A stretch of DNA of 64,000 nucleotides, taken from assembly GCA_043228905.1 (NCBI GenBank), contig JBHGNT010000017.1, positions 13,268,001 to 13,332,000 of the forward strand, given 5' to 3'. The notes below the pieces were generated by a model. The model was not told the origin of the DNA. It did no database searches and saw nothing but the letters and a program-made list of their open reading frames with translations. The position numbers were made by a program, and so were the translations under genes. This document shows positions 12,406 to 23,098 of the stretch, piece after piece. Positions within the stretch are counted from its first letter, which is position 1; each line of letters opens with the position of its first letter. Origin of the DNA: Azolla caroliniana. Taxonomy: Eukaryota; Plantae; Polypodiophyta.

Positions 12406-12656
12406 AATAGAGTAGATCAATTTTAAATATAGGTATGAAAGCCTTAATAGGTTTGTTATTTCCACGACATTATCCTAAAGTTCACTGCCTTACATTGTCC
12501 ACAGTTATATACATATGGTTTGATCCCATTCGAACAAACTGAGGAATAGATTAGATCAACTTTAAATACAAGTATTGAATACTTTAATAAGTTAGTTATT
12601 CCAATCACATTATCCTAAAGTTCACTATCCTACATTGTCCACAATTATATACATGC
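12406..12656. repeat. Diverged ~110-bp direct duplication near the right end of the DNA transposon
   Basis: AATAGA.TAGATCAA...ACATTATCCTAAAGTTCACT...ACATTGTCCACA.TTATATACAT occurs twice, about 140 bp apart. Confidence 0.8.
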
Positions 12657-13037
12657 ACATATGGGTCAAAGTATAAATTATAACTCATTTTATTAGTATG
12701 GATACAAGTACACCTCATATTTTTGTAAAACTTACCTAATTAATATAAGTCTTTAACTTAGCGTTTCCCTTGTCGCACAATAGTGACATATTGAGCCATT
12801 GTTGAACTTTATTATGCCTACATTAACTTATCAACACGTCCAAACTTGCATGATTTCTAATGATCTCCACTCGTAGACCTATCATGTATTTTTATATTTG
12901 CAAATTCTCATCAAGTTGAGGAACATGTGATACTAGTGCATCCAATTTTTGTAGAGAGGGTATATTTGCTTCATTTCAAGAAGATTCTACAAGTGGAATG
13001 CGCAATCCTTCCACTTGTGAACGTGAACATATTCAAG

Positions 13038-13527
13038 GACGACCAATTGCGTTCCCAAGTAAATCGACGACCCAAGCAAAAGATCGAATATTTTGATAAA
13101 CTGTACCGGGAGCACAAGCAAATAGAGGCAGATTACAAGAGGCGGGAAGCAGAATTCGACCGGCAACAGGATAGATTGAAGGAGCTGCTGAAGGAGGCAC
13201 GGATGGACCTGGCACAAAAAATGGACGAGCTTGAGAAGAAAATGGAAGCTTTGGCAGAGGAGACGACAAAGGCGGTAGAAACGGCAAGGTTATTGGAAGA
13301 AGCGGGAAAGGAAAAGTTGGAGCTCAACAAGCAGCAGTTTGAGGCGGAACGGGAAAAGCTAGTGCTAAACAAACTCCAAACGACATATCAGCACCCAAAG
13401 GAAGCCGGGGACAATCGCCGAAACGGAGGAGCAGCCCCCAAAGGAAGTCAAGGAAACAATAGAAGCAATTGTAGCAGCAAAGCACCCGGTTGATACCGGT
13501 GATAGAAGAGATCCCAACGTCGAAGCC
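13038..13527 (+). pseudogene. Continuation of the Gypsy extra ORF (coiled coil)
   Basis: E/K/Q-rich heptad-like sequence in frame with the 4088 end. It ends abruptly at a junction with minus-strand protease sequence. Confidence 0.65.
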
Positions 13528-14527
13528 GCCGAAATGAAATCATATTGTGTTGCCAATGTTGCTTGATGTTGGTCGTTCGCAACCACGGTCTTCCCAACAG
13601 GAATGGGTAAGCGTTTGGCGCATCGAGGCATAAGACAACTGCGGACACGGTGAAGGTATGTGGACTCCCAAAATAAATTCCAGGTTCAGTAGGAGCCCTA
13701 TCGGCCGCACCGATCTCGTATCTACCATTCGTAACCAAAATGGACATGGCTCCCATTGAGTGATGCGGATCTCGCTAATGACATTTACACCTAACCCGCC
13801 ATCGATAATGCATCCAGGAATTTCATGACTGTGGATGATGAGTTGTACTTCCTGATTTTGGGAATCCATAAGGGGAGGTTCTAGTGTTGGGGCCGTGAGA
13901 TTGACGAAGGGATGAGTCGGATCCAGACCGTTTGTGAGGGAATGAACCATCCCTTGGAAGCCTGACAGCATGTGTAGCAATTTGTGCAGCGGCATGGATA
14001 TCTGGGAATCCACGAGCACCTGCTAAACTGGGTCGGGATTAGTGTGATCCAAAGTGCTTAAGCTGGGTAGATCTGGGTTTGTGGTTTGCGGTTGGCCGGG
14101 GTTTCATTTCTTTGTTTCTGTTATTTGGGCTTGCATACGGTCGATGTTGGCGTTATTGGCTGCGTCAACCCAGTCCTTAGTGTGTTGTCGAACAGAGTCC
14201 TGGATATCCCACTAGGATTGTTGGGTCTTGGTACGTGTAGTCACATGTTGCACGTCAACCGTAATCATATTTACAACTAGTGCTTTTCCCCGAGTGTTGG
14301 TAGGGCACTGGTTGGCATAGTGGCCGGGTTGGTTACAATTCAAGCATGTGGTTGTTGTCGAGGTACTAGGCTCGCCATGCTCGAATTGGGGTTGTGCTAA
14401 GTTGTGTGGCGGGTCTTCCCGCCCCTGCTAGGGATATGCTTGTGGAGGGTTGCCCCGAGACTCGATTTGTGGGGTTCGCCAATTATCGGTGCATTGATTA
14501 TCGCAGCGAGGGTTGTCAAAGTGACGT

Positions 14528-17500
14528 TGTCGTGCCTTTCGGCTCCGGATCGTTTGCGTGAGTCGGGTGGGAACCACTGGGGTTTTGGACTAGGAAGAAG
14601 AGAGTTTTAAGGCTAATAAGAATATAAATATGTTGTAAGAAAGAGTTATAAGAATATAAACTTCGGTTGAAAGAGAATGATATAGAATTCTCGTGAATCC
14701 CACGAGTATAGTTTATTAATTGGTGTTTTTTAGAAACATATCTAGTTTCCAAATATTTTTCACACACAATTACATTGTGCTCCCCATCCTTATGTAGTGA
14801 TGAGGAAGTCTTAGTAATCTATGCTTTTTCTCTAACTATAGACCCCATGCTTTTCCTATAGATAGACTATATGCTTTATCTAAAGTGATCATGCTTTTTT
14901 CTAACTTGTGCGTTTTTTATCATGCACGCTAGATGTGTATGTGTAGCTTTTTCTTTTGTTATGCGTTTTTCTAATGTTTATCCTAGCTTGAATTTACCTT
15001 TCTATGTGGGACATCTATGCTTTAACACTAATGAAATGCTAGTGTAATGGTAAGACATTACATTATTAACATGGAGGTGCAAGGTTCGAATCTTGCCCTA
15101 TGCATGTTCCATTTATTTTGTTATTTTCTTCTATTTCTTCATTTTTTATTGAATCTAATACTATATACGTTTTTCACGTAGTGTACAAAATACACTACGA
15201 CACTCACCCCCTCCAAACCCGCACATCCTCCGGTATGTGCCGAAGTTGTTGGTGTTTGTTAGTCTCCTCCTTCATCCTCCGTTTGTCCCGCTATGTCAAC
15301 TTTGTCTCTCCATTTTGAGTAGACCCATTCTTTCCACCCGAACCATTGTCGCCATCCGATCCACCATATTCTATGTTCGCTTTTTGCATGGCCCGCTTGG
15401 TCCTTGTCATCCGCGGTAGTATCTTTTCTTGCCCTCTTTCTTTTCTTCATCAATCTCGACTTCTTTTCGGATTTTCGGTTTAGTCGGATTAGCTTACTTC
15501 CGATTCGGTCTCGTCGGATCGTCTTTCGTTTAGTTCGGCTTCCTTTCCGATTTGTATTCGGTCGATCCGGACTCGGTTGATCGGTTTTTACCGATTCAGT
15601 GCTCTTTCGGGTCGGTTTCTTTTCTTTTCTTTTCGTCCGGATTTGCTTTCTTTTCTTCGTTTTCACCTGCCTTGTCCGGTTCGACTTTCGGCACTTCTTT
15701 CCGTTGTTCGCCACGTAGGTCCTCCGATATGTGCTCGTTGTTCGGTCCTCGTGTGGTTGTAATGCATGCTTCTTTTCTCGCCGTAGCGCGTGCTTCTTTA
15801 TTCGCCATAACACGCGTTTCTTTATTCGCCGTAGAGCGTGCTCTGTATTACGCGCTTCTCCCGTCGTAGACCCGACCTCCGCATTGTCGCACTTTCTTTT
15901 AGATTGGAATTTCGGATGGATCATTTTCCATCCGAACCGACTTCCGACTTTACCTTCCTCGCCGCCATCTCCCGTCTCTCCGGTCTCACGTTGGTTCTCG
16001 GACACAACCGCCGAAGTCTCTAGATATTGTTGGCATGAATCCTCGGTATTACCTTCTTTCGTAGTTTCACCCTTAGCATTCTTCTCGGCTATCTCTTCAT
16101 CGTATTCGTCGGCTTCGACATTCGTTTTCTCTCCGCCACCTTCCGTCTCTTCGGTCTCACGCTGCCTTTCGATCGCAACCGCCGGAGTCTCTGGAATCAG
16201 TGGTGGGGAAGTCTCGATATGGCAATCCGCCATTGATTCGTCCATAGCCACCTCCGATTCGATTTCGTCTTTTGTGGTTACCTCCTTAATCACATCCGCT
16301 TCACACTCTTTATCTGCATCAATTATGCAAACATCTATTATGCTTACCCCTTTTTGACCCGATGTCTCGGGCACTTGTATCCCGAAATTTCCTTCTACAC
16401 TTGAATTATCGGCCTTATCCTTCGCCATCGTTCTTTCACAAGACGAGTGGGTGTCTTGTTCCACTCTTTCTCCCGTGGTACCATCATGTTGTATTTCGGC
16501 CTTCATATTGGCTTCATCGTTTTTCCTCAATCGACCATCCTTCATGGGCCATGTCGTTGTTGACGAGATTCTCAGCTTCCTTTCATCATGTCTTCGGCAT
16601 ACCCTTTCGACTTTGGCCCAATCCTCGGTAAGGCCGTTCGCACCGTCATCATCTTCGAGTTCGATCCCAATGTCCATCCTTTCTTTCCGATCGATCGATC
16701 TTACGAACATTAAGACTTTATCTTCTCCCACCAATCTTCGTTCCCGCTCCGAGAGTCGAGCAAAACGATGCTCGAACTCTAGGAACGCTTGCGTTGCACT
16801 TCGGTGAGTCTTCTCCGACGCCACCCATTCGTCGAATTCTCGTCGATCTCGTCCCGTCCATCTCTCATAGTCATATGCCTCCCGTAAAGCTTCTTCAAAG
16901 GACTCCCATGTCGAGTTTTGTTGCCATATCTTGTGGATTCTCTCTTGTAGCTCATCCGTGGCCACCCGACTAAAGGATATCACTTGCAATCCTTCCGGTA
17001 TCCGATATTGCATCATCTCCGCCTTATATTCACGTAGGTAGCGTGACACACCCTTACCGTTGAATTCCCCGTTTCGTCGCAGAAGCCGCTCTACTGCCGC
17101 CTTCATCTCCGACATCGCACGTTGTTCTTGTAGCATTCTCTCGAACATCATCATCATCATGTTCATCGCCTCTTGTTGATTCTCCATCTCCTTGCCACCC
17201 GCCTTCACGTCGGGTTCACCAACTGTGTCGTGCCTTTCGGCTCCGGATCGTTTGCGTGAGTCGGGTGGGAACCACTGGGGTTTTGGACTAGGAAGAAGAG
17301 AGTTTTAAGGCTAATAAGAATATAAATATGTTGTAAGAAAGAGTTATAAGAATATAAACTTCGGTTGAAAGAGAATGATATAGAATTCTCGTGAATCCCA
17401 CGAGTATAGTTTATTAATTGGTGTTTTTTAGAAACATATCTAGTTTCCAAATATTTTTCACACACAATTACATTGTGCTCCCCATCCTTATGTAGTGATG

Positions 17501-17900
17501 AGGAAGTCTTAGTAATCTATGCTTTTTCTCTAACTATAGACCCCATGCTTTTCCTATAGATAGACTATATGCTTTATCTAAAGTGATCATGCTTTTTTCT
17601 AACTTGTGCGTTTTTTATCATGCACGCTAGATGTGTATGTGTAGCTTTTTCTTTTGTTATGCGTTTTTCTAATGTTTATCCTAGCGTGAATTTACCTTTC
17701 TATGTGGGACATCTATGCTTTAACACTAATGAAATGCTAGTGTAATGGTAAGACATTACATTATTAACATGGAGGTGCAAGGTTCGAATCTTGCCCTATG
17801 CATGTTCCATTTATTTTGTTATTTTCTTCTATTTCTTCATTTTTTATTGAATCTAATACTATATACGTTTTTCACGTAGTGTACAAAATACACTACGACA
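14528..17900 (-). mobile_element. Young non-autonomous gag-only LTR retrotransposon (TR-GAG-like)
   Basis: 675-bp LTRs at 14528-15202 and 17226-17900 (TG...CA; one mismatch seen); ACGT TSD; PBS at 17204-17221 complementary to the plant tRNA-Trp 3' end; PPT at 15203-15214; no pol. Confidence 0.93.
15259..17187 (-). CDS. Gag-like protein with acidic middle region and very basic C-terminal tail
   Basis: Uninterrupted ~640-aa ORF (first ATG MENQQEAM). Gag-like N-terminus FNGKGVSRYLREYKAEM...WESFEEALREAY. No protease, RT or integrase motifs. Confidence 0.75.
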   Translation of the reverse strand: MENQQEAMNMMMMMFERMLQEQRAMSEMKAAVERLLRRNGEFNGKGVSRYLREYKAEMMQYRIPEGLQVISFSRVATDELQERIHKIWQQNSTWESFEEALREAYDYERWTGRDRREFDEWVASEKTHRSATQAFLEFEHRFARLSERERRLVGEDKVLMFVRSIDRKERMDIGIELEDDDGANGLTEDWAKVERVCRRHDERKLRISSTTTWPMKDGRLRKNDEANMKAEIQHDGTTGERVEQDTHSSCERTMAKDKADNSSVEGNFGIQVPETSGQKGVSIIDVCIIDADKECEADVIKEVTTKDEIESEVAMDESMADCHIETSPPLIPETPAVAIERQRETEETEGGGEKTNVEADEYDEEIAEKNAKGETTKEGNTEDSCQQYLETSAVVSENQRETGETGDGGEEGKVGSRFGWKMIHPKFQSKRKCDNAEVGSTTGEARNTEHALRRIKKRVLWRIKKHALRREKKHALQPHEDRTTSTYRRTYVANNGKKCRKSNRTRQVKTKKRKQIRTKRKEKKPTRKSTESVKTDQPSPDRPNTNRKGSRTKRKTIRRDRIGSKLIRLNRKSEKKSRLMKKRKRARKDTTADDKDQAGHAKSEHRIWWIGWRQWFGWKEWVYSKWRDKVDIAGQTEDEGGD

Positions 17901-19779
17901 ACGTCAGTTCCCTAAAGCTTGGAAACCACGATTATTCTGTCGATCATACCATGAATGCCGAGGTGCATCGTAGTCATTGTTGTTGTAATTCCTACAGCAG
18001 TGGTGGTGGTCCTGATGACAGTGCCAATGATCATTCATGTGGTGTGATTGATTGGGGTAGCAAGAGGGCTCTGACCGATACTGGTTATCCCTATGGTAAC
18101 AATCCAGTTCGGAATTGCCCCCCTTGTTGCAGTGGGGCCTATCGTCTTCCCATGGCCGTGTCGGCTCTTTATTCCATGGAGGTGGTTGCTCTTGAGGTTG
18201 CGTGTGGTTGGCGCGGGGCTCAATTTGGTGGACTGGGGCCGTGTTCGTTCAATTCAGCATGTTGTATTCAGTGTTCACATTGCTCCACCGTATGGACCCT
18301 TGAATGGCAGATGAGGTAGTGTGGTCGTGAGGGACAATCAAGAGCGGAGTGGCCAAATTGGGCACATATCGTGCATTGCAGCGCTTGCCGGAACTGAGTT
18401 TCCTCGGCCATTGGTAAGGTGGTTTGAAGTGTGCCCATAGCGAATGAATTATTATGATGTGCCCTATCCAACACAAGGACGTGGGCGACCGCTTGCTCGA
18501 TGGTATGTTGAGAAAAATCCGTAAGAGCCAACGTCATGCGTAGAGGCTCATGGAGACCAACCAGAAACATATCTTTCAAATGATTCACAAATACATACTG
18601 TGCGAGTTGGCGGTACAAGTCTTGAAACCGGCAAACAAACTGGGACACGGTTTCGATAGGTCCCTGGCCAATCGTATAAAATTGACGAAGCAATTCCTGC
18701 TTCGGGATCTCTTGGTGGAATAATTCCAAAAACTGGGTGCGGACATCCTGGAACGTGGTAAACTCCCCAGGATCATGCCGGGAATACCACTGTGCAGCGG
18801 GGCCGTCGATGAAGAGAGTGAATTCAGCGATTTTGGAGGCGGCAACCTCCTTGGCGGTGAGTCGCTATGTCGAATGGTTGGCTTGCCATGTGTTGAGAAA
18901 GGAACAGATGTGGCCGTCGGTGTCCAGGCCATTCGTGTAGCGGGCATAGGGGTGGTATGGCATTATGTCAAGCTCTGGATCTTCCGGTAGGGCCAGGAAT
19001 GGGTTGAGCTCCAGTTGTGGTGAGACTTCTAGAGGACTTGGAGGGGTAACAAGGTCAGGACCGATCTGCGACTATGTGTCCGGGATCACCGATCGCGAAG
19101 ATTGCAATTCCGGGGATGAGTGTTGTGTGGGGCGGGGCGGCGGCCGAGAGCAAGTAACTCTGTTTGGCGTCCTAATGACGACTAGGATGACCACCAACGT
19201 AAGTTCGTTGTATTGCACAACGTGAACCGGGTGTGCCAAATTGTGTTGCCTTCCCTTCCGGAGGCAACACCTTCGATTTCCTAGTCAAAATCAGACCAAC
19301 AGTTGTGGTACGTGGTAGTCAGGGCGATACCAGAAAACAAGATTTCAAATACGTTACGTAAGAGGAGGTCTCTTCCGAGAGAGTGTTTCACCACATCAAT
19401 TCCATAAGGGACAACAATCACATAACACCAACACAAGAAATAGACCCAAAACTATATGTATTACGAGTAGGTAATGAATACAGTTACACAGCTCATGGCT
19501 GGAATTAACAGCGAAGTGATAGTATGACCTAGACCCTCAGAATCCCATAATCACGGGTTATAGTTCCGTTCGTTTTTCTCCTCTCTCGCACTTTGCTTCT
19601 TTTTATAGCTTTTCCCTTCCTCTTTGCTTCGGCGCGCTTTGCTTCTTCCCGTTCTTGGCTGCGCATACTGCAGATGTCTTCGTTCCTCACGGTTGTTCGT
19701 AATTACGGTTGTTCACCTACTTTGACCTACTTCCTCTTATGTTTCTTTGAATTACCATTTTTGCCCATGGACAACAAAA

Positions 19780-19930
19780 GGATTAGGAGTGAAATGATTA
19801 GGAATAGAAGGATTAGGAGTGAAATGATTAGGAATGGAAGGATTAGGAATGAAAGGATTAGGGATGGAATGATTAGGAGTGAAATGATAAGGAATGAAAG
19901 GATTAGGAATGGAAGGACTAGGAATGATTT
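19780..19930. repeat. Tandem minisatellite, ~15-bp unit (GATTAGGA(G/A)TG(A/G)AAT/G)
   Basis: About 10 consecutive variant units immediately outside the putative LTR end. Confidence 0.85.
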
Positions 19931-22900
19931 GCGAAGCTAATTTGGTGTATGTGAATGCCAGAGTTTGTCGAGTGCCACATGTATCGACTACACGATTGTC
20001 GCATCATTATTGACGTCATACTCACGTCCGAAGAAATTGTCACAGCACCCAATAGGACCGGTTCTCAACACGAATTTCAAGCCTCGTGCACGCCAAGGTT
20101 GTGCAAGTGACCCCCAAAGCATGGCAGCAAGGGTATATGTGCTCTTTTAATCTGCGTCATCTATGTATGTCTTCATTGGGATCTAGTGTATTTTAAATGT
20201 TTGATTAGCCATTAGCAAGATGTGTCCAAACCATTCTTTGTGGAATAGCTTATATCCAGCTTGGCTTCACTAATACTCTCCTAGGACAAACTTAAAATCC
20301 AAGCCCATTAAGAGACTATGGGATCCCCCCTTAGAAACACACATGCCTCAAAATGATCATCGGAATTGCTACTAGTCAGAGTGCCTCTCATGATTGTGCA
20401 TGGCTTCACGATATCGCACATATAGTAATTTAATTCATTTGCGACCATGAAGTAGCTTTCGTGTCCATAACAAGTTACATAATCACAATATAGGGGGCCA
20501 GTACCGAAATCTTTCTGTCTGTAGCCGGCGGAAGAAGCGCCTCTCACCAACCAAATAACATGGCGCCCGCCACTTTCCCAGCAAGCACGAGTAGCACATG
20601 GACATTGACTAGAGCATAATCGAACATGAATTAATGTCCAATGTTTTGTTTACCAACCATTTGGAAATCTCTTTCTCAAATGGTATGGTGCTTCTTGGAA
20701 TCTATGTTGCATGTGTGATGATGATCTCATTGGATATAATTACCACTTCACACAACTCAATACACTTAGAAAATATAGATTTTACCATGCAAGGTCATCA
20801 TGGCTAGAGCCATTGTAATGTTTTCAACCTAATCATTTCGTCATGTATGCAGAAGTTCTACTAATTAATGTTTTTGGAAAATAAAACCAACACTTATTAT
20901 TGCTCATCATCAAGTGGGTGAACATCAAACACCCAGGTGACATTGATTAGTTGAAGCTAGGTTCGTTTCCAAGCCTCAATAACGCTAATCACAATTTCCA
21001 CATACTTTCCTCTCGCACCTTCACCTAAGGCCTTACACACAAACGATGCCCAAGCATTGGTCGGTATGTGCTTCTCTCTATGTCTTCACTAACTAATTGA
21101 GAGTCATCCATAATATTGTATACATATATACATGATGGATGAAGTTGGGTGGGAGCATATGCCTTGTAACTATTACCGTCCGAACATAAAACCCAATGGA
21201 ACACACAGACACACAATGTCCTACTCATAATTCCGACTTATCGATTAGCTTCATATGTTCAAGAAGCTGAGTATAGAATAGCATCATTTTATTGACATAA
21301 TCAATCATGAGTTCCAATGAGAGTAAAGTGGCAAACGTGGGGTAATCATTTGGATCCAGGCTTCAATTCATTCTTGTATGCATTAGAAGTAAGTTTAAAA
21401 AATCCAATCACCATGAGAACATTTTTGCATTCTTCTTCTCTTTCTTGTTTCTTTTGGAAGGGATTTGTTACCTTTATGTCCAGATTTTGAGTTTGAGTTT
21501 AGTGCGATTGTACAAAGGTTTTATGTCTGCTTGTTGTTTGACAACAAGAGTTTGAGTTTTCTCGAATAATAACAGTAGTATCATCAAATTACATCATTAA
21601 TGAGAGCTTCACTCTTGAATCAATTTTCATTCATTTAGCATCAATCACAACATTCAACCCCTGGTACACAAAAATCCCACCACCCTCCTTAATTTCATCT
21701 GTAACTTAGCAACATATAACATAATATTCATAAGAAGCCAATAGACTCTCAATTCATTCTTCCAACAATTGGTGATGGATGAAGGCTCATGGCACATGAG
21801 ATTGTGTGTTGCATACTTGTAAAGAGTATCATAATTATTCAAAGGGGTATAGACAGGTATATACAAAATATGAAGGTTCAGAGTTTGTTATGCGTTAATC
21901 CCTGGATTGTTGTTCCATATGTGCAGGTTACATCAAGAGTTGTGATGTTTTCTAACTAGCTAACTTGATACATGTGAATTGATTTAGATCTATGCATCAA
22001 GTTTCTTTCAAGTTTCTACAACCCATCCTGGAAGAAAGTGAATATCCACACAAACTTTTAAATTTCAATAAGAATGTCTGTCAATCATAAAAGCTTCATC
22101 CAACAAAGTTGTGAGTTCAATTGAATCTTGCAAATCTCGAGCAAGAGAGATTGCTTTTTCTTTTTTGCATATACAGTTCAATGGCTTGAAGTAAAGAACA
22201 AGCCTGCCTTAGAACTCTTAGTAAGATTCCTATAATATATAACACTGGGTGTTGCCTCTGAGTGCCGCACTCACTTTCTCCACTGACTACTATTCTATTT
22301 CGGGAACACATCCTAAAAATGAATGGCCATCCTTTGAGCTGTGTGCAAAATATTCGTGCCAGAACTAGTGACATTAGAATGCAGCATACATATATCCTCC
22401 CATCAATAATGAGTTTGAGAGATTTAGCCACTCCAAAATTCCCCATGTTGCTACCAGCAACTGACCTACTCTCGAGCCAAACTGCCTCAGCCTAGCCTTT
22501 CTTAGAGGGACTGAATGGTCATCCACAACAGCACGATCGCCTTGTTGGACGAATTTGCAGATCTAGAAATTAACTTCTGCTTGCCCAATAGCACTCACTA
22601 CATTAGCTCTATAACAAGGAATAAATCGACAGAATGCATATTGTGGTCATAGCATCAAGTTCATATTTTCTATCTATTGGTAGCGATCATGTGTCAGGCA
22701 TGGAATTGATTCAAAGATAATGAAAATTCCATAAATAGAGGAATATTGAATGGAACTTAACGTGTTCCTGTATTGAGTTAAAAGAGCACACACACATTCC
22801 TGTGGGTCTATTCTAAAGTTATCAACTGTACATGATTGAGAAAAAAGAAGCATGACTACAAATCCTAATGTTAAATAGCAATCAAAATGCCCAAAATTGA

Positions 22901-23098
22901 AATTGATCGAAGAACATGTACACATACATACATATATATTTGCCCAAAACGAGATTGGAATGGCACTTACAGGAGAACGCCATTAAGATGATCGAGAGAT
23001 ACATGACGCATCACAAGTTTTCAACCATGGATTAATATAAGCCTACTCTCATACACAAAAAAATATGGTTCATTGTGATGTTGCTAAATATGGTTGAA

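Larger units (their letters stand above)
4089..13033. mobile_element. TIR DNA transposon (Sola-like DDD transposase) carrying a ParB-methyltransferase gene
   Basis: TIRs at 4089-4124 (AACACGTTCGCGTTCACAAGTGGAAGGATCGCGCAT) and 12998-13033 match at 32/36. CAAG is duplicated at 4085-4088 and 13034-13037. Excision restores the host ORF frame. Confidence 0.9.
13528..19776 (-). mobile_element. 5' half of a Gypsy element (LTR, PBS, gag, protease), interrupted by the 14528-17900 insertion
   Basis: Protease IIDGGLGVNVIS and YPFLLGRPWL; gag zinc knuckles (CTICAQFGHSALDC, C.NCNQPGHYANQC); PBS-like TGGCACACCCGG at ~19226-19238; putative LTR 19244-19776 bounded by TGTTG...CAACA (outer end less certain). 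Confidence 0.8.

Noticed and set aside
15035-15100. Functional tRNA gene
   Set aside because: A/B boxes and a T-arm are present, but I could not build a convincing acceptor stem or full cloverleaf; it is part of an LTR.
19593-19940. 115-aa ORF with IRSEMIRN repeats
   Set aside because: Translation of the 15-bp minisatellite plus LTR sequence.
20000-22900. Possible additional gene between the Gypsy LTR and the SelH-like gene
   Set aside because: Only short ORFs with no recognisable domain or consistent exon chain.
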